Shown here: one piece after another, positions 59,538-64,000 of the stretch | How the letters are laid out: every line of letters begins with the position of its first letter | Numbering within the stretch: the stretch's first letter is position 1 | From: Thermodesulfovibrionales bacterium | GTDB lineage: Bacteria; Nitrospirota; Thermodesulfovibrionia; Thermodesulfovibrionales; SM23-35 | Length of the DNA: 64,000 nt | NCBI GenBank assembly: GCA_963715195.1 | Contig: CAVQRT010000007.1 | Span: 256,001-320,000, forward strand | Reading direction: 5' to 3' | Position numbers and translations under genes: made by a program | The notes under the pieces: generated by a model | Databases searched by the model: none | The model's input: only the letters and a program-made list of their open reading frames with translations | What the model was told of the DNA's origin: nothing

Positions 59538-60744
59538 GCGTGTTGTCATAACGGGTCTGGGTGCTGTTTCCTCAATCGGTATCGGATGGGAATCATTCTG
59601 GGACAGTCTTGTAGCAGGCAGGTCGGGTATCAGCGATGTTACCTCATTTGATACATCCGGCCATTTTACCCACAAGGGCGGCGAGATCAAAATCTTCATT
59701 CCCGATGAGTTTATACCTCCGGACAAGCTGAACATACTCAGCCGTTCTTCCCAGTTTGCTGTTGCGGCCGCACACCTTGCGGTCCGCGATGCACACCTCT
59801 CACCCGACGAGCTCTCAGCTATTACTGCTGGCATCTGCATCGGTACGACCATGGGTTCGGTGCAGACTTCAGAGATTATCAACCAGATGATCGTCCTGCA
59901 GGGCAAAACTGATTTCAGCAATGATCTGATTTGCCAGGTGCCGACACACTCAACTCCAGCAGCGGTTGCACGGGAGTTCGGCATTACAGGGCCCAATCTG
60001 ATGTTCTCCACCGCCTGTTCGGCGGGCAATTATGCAATCGGATACGGTTTAGACCTCATTCGGCTTGGGAAGACTGATGTTATTCTTGCGGGAGGATCGG
60101 ATCCTTTTTCAAAGGTGGCTTTTACCGGATTCAACCAGTTCGGTGCAGTGGCTCCTGAAAAATGTCAGCCCTTTGATAAAAATCGCAAAGGCATGATGGT
60201 TGCAGAAGGTGCGGGCATGCTTATCATCGAATCTCTTGATCATGCACTCACGCGCAATGCCCCCATATATGCCGAAATCGCAGGGTACGGGTTGAGCTGC
60301 GATGCACACCATATGACGCTCCCCTCTGTTGAAGGCGTCTCACGCTGCATGATGCAGGCTTTGCGGGAAACCAGAATCACGACCGAACAGGTTGATTACA
60401 TCTGTGCCCACGGCACGGGCACCCCCGCAAACGACAGGGCAGAGTGTGCGGCGATACGGAATGTTTTCGGCTCCCGTACAAAGGACGTGCCGGTCAGTTC
60501 AATAAAATCCATGATCGGTCATACCATGGGAGCGGCATCTGCACTCGAAGCTATCTCATGTGCCCTCACGGTAAAAAACAACATAATCCCGCCAACAATA
60601 AATTATGAGACGCCTGATCCGGAATGCGATATCGATTGCGTTCCAAATCAGGCACGCGGGCATGAAGTGAATATTGCCTTGAATAATTCCTATGCGTTCG
60701 GAGGAAATAATGCATCACTGATATTGCGGAAATATATCCCATGA
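59530..60744 (+). CDS. Beta-ketoacyl-ACP synthase (FabF-like, active)
   Basis: STACSAG, AHGTGT, KSMIGHT, FGGNN; Cys-His-His triad intact. Confidence 0.94.
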   Translation: MNKRVVITGLGAVSSIGIGWESFWDSLVAGRSGISDVTSFDTSGHFTHKGGEIKIFIPDEFIPPDKLNILSRSSQFAVAAAHLAVRDAHLSPDELSAITAGICIGTTMGSVQTSEIINQMIVLQGKTDFSNDLICQVPTHSTPAAVAREFGITGPNLMFSTACSAGNYAIGYGLDLIRLGKTDVILAGGSDPFSKVAFTGFNQFGAVAPEKCQPFDKNRKGMMVAEGAGMLIIESLDHALTRNAPIYAEIAGYGLSCDAHHMTLPSVEGVSRCMMQALRETRITTEQVDYICAHGTGTPANDRAECAAIRNVFGSRTKDVPVSSIKSMIGHTMGAASALEAISCALTVKNNIIPPTINYETPDPECDIDCVPNQARGHEVNIALNNSYAFGGNNASLILRKYIP

Positions 60745-60759
60745 AGGAGGCCGTGAAAA

Positions 60760-61029
60760 ATGAAAGAAAACACCCTCGAAAAGGAAATCATCTCTATTAT
60801 TGCAGACGTTTCAGGATTTGATCCCGGGGAGATTACGCCAGAAGCCAAATTGGCCGATGATCTCGAAATTGATTCAATTAAAGCAATCGAGATCGTTGTT
60901 GCGATCGAAAAGAAATACAAGGTTTCGGTTCGGGATGAAGATGTCCCGAAGATTACCACTGTCAGCGAGACCGTAGCAGTCGTCCACAAGCTCCTGAATC
61001 AGGAACTCGCAACGAATGTCAGGAACTGA
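60760..61029 (+). CDS. Acyl carrier protein
   Basis: DLEIDSIKAIEIV phosphopantetheine Ser; acidic, 89 aa. Confidence 0.93.
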   Translation: MKENTLEKEIISIIADVSGFDPGEITPEAKLADDLEIDSIKAIEIVVAIEKKYKVSVRDEDVPKITTVSETVAVVHKLLNQELATNVRN

Positions 61030-62452
61030 TCGCCCCTCATATGATGCCGTTATTATTGGTTCAGGGATAAGCGGGCTGATATGCGGAAGCTACCTTGCAA
61101 AGGCCGGACTGAAGGTGCTCATTGCAGAGCAGCATCATCAGCCGGGGGGATACTGTACATCGTTTGTGAGAAAGGGCATCACCTTTGATGCTGCTGCACA
61201 TTCGTTTGGCGGGTACAGGGAGAACGGTATCATCCGGAAGGTTTTCAATGATTTCCGCCTGAATGACAACGTGGCCGTTACAAGGTATGACCCAACGGAC
61301 GTAGTCGTATCACCTGACTCTGAAATCTCCCTGTGGTCTGATCTCGAAAGAACGATTGCAGATCTCGGATCCTCATTTCCGGACGAACAGGATAATTTCA
61401 GGAAATTTGCGAGCTTTTTGCTGAAGCCCGATCCTCAGTCGTTTGCCGGCATGCGGCGCTGGACCTTCAAAGACCTGCTCGACCACTATTTTCGGAACGA
61501 TAAACTCAAATCCATGCTCTCTTTCCCGATTTTCGGAAATGGTGCCCTCCCCCCTGCTCGCATGTCTGCTTTCATCGGTGCCAAGATATTCACTGAATTT
61601 ATTCTCGATGGCGGATATTACCCTGAAGGCGGAATGCAGAGGCTTTCAAATGCCCTCGCAGAGAGTTTTCAGCATTTCGGCGGGGAATTGTTATTGTCCT
61701 GTCCTGTCAGCAAAATTATCATAAAAAATGGTGGGGCAGCCGGTATAGTCATCGGAGGCAAGATGCCCGTCAGTGCAGGGTCGGTTGTCTCGAATTGCGA
61801 CGCAAGACAGACATTTCTCAGAATGATCGGCAAAAAACACCTTCCCCTTGAGTTCATGAACAAGCTTAATCGGATGCAGCCGTCACTCTCCATGTTCGTC
61901 CTCTATCTTGGTCTGGATCAGGAATTTGAGAACACACTGCATGCCGGTTCGAATATCTGGTATCTCTCTCATTATGATCTGGAGAAAATGTACCGGTCCG
62001 CTGCACGTCGCTCACCGTCCTCGATTGATGAGTGCATGGTGCGCATCTCTCCTGACCGAAAAAGCCTGCTGGCCTTTACAAATACCTCTTTCAGAAACAG
62101 GGCATTTTGGTCCGACAGCAAATCAAAATTTATCGATGGGTTCATAGCACGACTCTCACGCATCATGCCGGGTATTTCACAGCACATTCTTTACAAGGAC
62201 GCAGCAACCCCTTCCACTATGGACCGTTACACGTCAAATTATCGCGGAGCTGCATACGGATGGGAGAGCACCACCGCCCAGCTTGCCGATCCTGATTTCA
62301 GGAGACCTTCTTTCATTCGTCACTTATACCTGACCGGTCATTGGTCGACACAAGGTCTCGGCATTCCGGGTGTTGCATATCTTGGATATGATACCGCGAC
62401 ATCAGTTCTTAAAAGAAGAAAAGCCTCTCTTTCACAATCTTCTCCTGAATAA
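61016..62452 (+). CDS. FAD-dependent oxidoreductase, phytoene desaturase/all-trans-retinol reductase family
   Basis: IIGSGISGL, EQHHQPGG, YYPEGG, ATP.T..RYT....GAAYG, LYLTGHW. Confidence 0.9.
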   Translation: MSGTDRPSYDAVIIGSGISGLICGSYLAKAGLKVLIAEQHHQPGGYCTSFVRKGITFDAAAHSFGGYRENGIIRKVFNDFRLNDNVAVTRYDPTDVVVSPDSEISLWSDLERTIADLGSSFPDEQDNFRKFASFLLKPDPQSFAGMRRWTFKDLLDHYFRNDKLKSMLSFPIFGNGALPPARMSAFIGAKIFTEFILDGGYYPEGGMQRLSNALAESFQHFGGELLLSCPVSKIIIKNGGAAGIVIGGKMPVSAGSVVSNCDARQTFLRMIGKKHLPLEFMNKLNRMQPSLSMFVLYLGLDQEFENTLHAGSNIWYLSHYDLEKMYRSAARRSPSSIDECMVRISPDRKSLLAFTNTSFRNRAFWSDSKSKFIDGFIARLSRIMPGISQHILYKDAATPSTMDRYTSNYRGAAYGWESTTAQLADPDFRRPSFIRHLYLTGHWSTQGLGIPGVAYLGYDTATSVLKRRKASLSQSSPE

Positions 62453-63595
62453 GGCAAAAAACTGCTCCTTCACCCGCTCCAACAGGGGACGATTACTCCA
62501 TGCTTCAAAGTTTATCTGCACTGAGTGCTTTAAATCTTCTTTAAATATTTCTATCATCTGCCTCCCGAATTCCTGATCGAAAATACCTACATTCCCCTCG
62601 TCGTTTTTTCTGAGAGACTGGAAATCCAGATTTGCCGATCCGATGACACTCCAGACGCCGTCAAATACTGCTGTTTTTGCGTGGAGAATCTCTCCCTGAT
62701 ACGTATACACTTCAACCCCTGCTTGCAAGAGCTTCGTAAAAAATGCCCTCCCAACATAATGGGCTGCTGCAACATCCGACTTGCCTGGGAGAAGCAGTTT
62801 GACATCAACGCCCCGGGATTCAGCTTCCTCGAGCACATGGAGCATCCTCCTGCTTGGCGCAAAGTATGCCGTTGTCAGGTAGATACATGTTCGTGCCTGA
62901 TGAATACTGTAATAGAGCAGTTTCCTCATCTTACGGCGACTTTTTGCAGAATTTACAAATATCGGAAGTACCGGTAACCCAGCTTCAACTGGTTCTGTTG
63001 GTTTATCAAAACTGATTGACGGACCCTTCCATACGTTCCAGCTCTTTTTGAATATTTCGAGAAGAGTTTTTGCTATGGGACCTTCAAGAAATATCCCGGT
63101 ATCGCGCCACCCTTTTCCGTGTCTAAACCTGCGGTATCCCCTGTACTCATTTGCGATATTCAGCCCACCGGTAAAGGCCAAAACACCGTCAATGATTATG
63201 AGTTTTTTGTGATCTCTGTGTACATAGTGAAAAGGGTCCATCCACTTGAACGGATGAGAAGCCCTTATCTGCACCCCTACATGCCTCAGCTCTCTCCAGA
63301 ATTCTTTAGGGGTTCCGAAAGACCCAAAATGATCGTAGAGGATATAGACCTTTACTCCCTTATTGGCTTTTCTTTTCAGTATTGCTGCGAGTTCTTTACC
63401 GGTTTCATCATTCCTGAAGATATAAAATTCGAGGCATATCAACTCCTTCGATTTTTCTATAGCATCAAATATTTTTCGGAATGAATCCTTTCCTTTCCAC
63501 AAAAGGGTTACCCTGTTTCCGTCGGTAAATGGGATGCCGTATTCTTGTGCTATATTGTCAGTACTGAATGCGGGATTGTTCTGTTCAAAGTCCAT
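62432..63595 (-). CDS. Cardiolipin synthase-like phospholipase D (ClsB type)
   Basis: Two HKD motifs: HKKLIIID and HAKTAVFD; GSANLD. Confidence 0.92.
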   Translation of the reverse strand: MDFEQNNPAFSTDNIAQEYGIPFTDGNRVTLLWKGKDSFRKIFDAIEKSKELICLEFYIFRNDETGKELAAILKRKANKGVKVYILYDHFGSFGTPKEFWRELRHVGVQIRASHPFKWMDPFHYVHRDHKKLIIIDGVLAFTGGLNIANEYRGYRRFRHGKGWRDTGIFLEGPIAKTLLEIFKKSWNVWKGPSISFDKPTEPVEAGLPVLPIFVNSAKSRRKMRKLLYYSIHQARTCIYLTTAYFAPSRRMLHVLEEAESRGVDVKLLLPGKSDVAAAHYVGRAFFTKLLQAGVEVYTYQGEILHAKTAVFDGVWSVIGSANLDFQSLRKNDEGNVGIFDQEFGRQMIEIFKEDLKHSVQINFEAWSNRPLLERVKEQFFALFRRRL

Positions 63596-63701
63596 ATTAC
63601 ATCATTGCGGAAAAAGGACTTTCTGTCAATCGACATACTCTTTCAGATCGTGTATATTTTCCTTTCAAATCAGCTATAATGAGTATGTTTGTTATAACAT
63701 A

Positions 63702-64000
63702 ATGAATATTTATATAAAGGAACGTAAAGAAGCAGATTATGTCTGTGACGCACTGATACTGCCCTTTACAGAGGATGACACTGAACCCTATAGCGGTCTC
63801 CACCCCTCATTATCAAAACTGATCAAACGGGTATTCGCGAAAGAATTTCACGGCAAACAGACCGAATGCCTTCTTGTGCCTGCTCCTGAGGATTTGAAAC
63901 CCAGGAGAATTCTCCTTATCGGGCTCGGGAAAAAAGAGGGTGTTACGACTGAAAAGGTGAGACAGGCCGGTGGAAAGTCAGGCATCTTGCTGCGCGATGC
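63702..64000 (+). CDS. pepA: Leucyl aminopeptidase N-terminus (partial)
   Basis: MNIYIK...EFHGKQTE...RRILLIGLGKK....EKVRQAGG, M17 N-terminal pattern; runs off window end. Confidence 0.8.
   Translation, partial: MNIYIKERKEADYVCDALILPFTEDDTEPYSGLHPSLSKLIKRVFAKEFHGKQTECLLVPAPEDLKPRRILLIGLGKKEGVTTEKVRQAGGKSGILLRD

Noticed and set aside
57824..62452. Calling the cluster ladderane, aryl-polyene or carotenoid biosynthesis
   Set aside because: No radical SAM, ketoreductase, acyl ligase or phytoene synthase genes; only partial resemblance.

Overview
A gene-dense chromosomal window from an anaerobic bacterium; gene content and order resemble Nitrospirota (Thermodesulfovibrionia)-like organisms, which is an inference. 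Most of it is housekeeping: acpS, argB, nadK, tsaE, nnr, lepA, hemW, rimP-nusA, recG, pilD, leuA, pssA, purN, two surA-like genes, tRNA-Pro(GGG), and a CIRCE-controlled triple Hsp20 operon. Stand-outs: (1) a six-gene operon (56.5-62.5 kb) in which a PilZ-fused SAM methyltransferase heads a minimal type II FAS/PKS set (catalytically dead KS, FabZ, active KS, ACP, CrtI-like flavoprotein), a candidate c-di-GMP-gated lipid or signal pathway; (2) an unannotated single-TM micro-ORF with an in-frame UGA and a SECIS-like hairpin, a candidate selenoprotein; (3) a selenocysteine formate dehydrogenase complex next to fhs whose flavin subunit has a remodelled nucleotide pocket; (4) a tetraheme cytochrome paired with a heme-motif, Cys-rich hybrid kinase relay; (5) an IHF-alpha/MerR fusion, a minigene-terminator leader, a purN with no canonical start codon, several apparently leaderless genes, and degenerate palindromic elements, some translated in-frame. 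Two single-base frameshifts may be real or assembly errors. No CRISPR array, transposase, rRNA or prophage was seen. All family assignments come from motif recognition without database searches.
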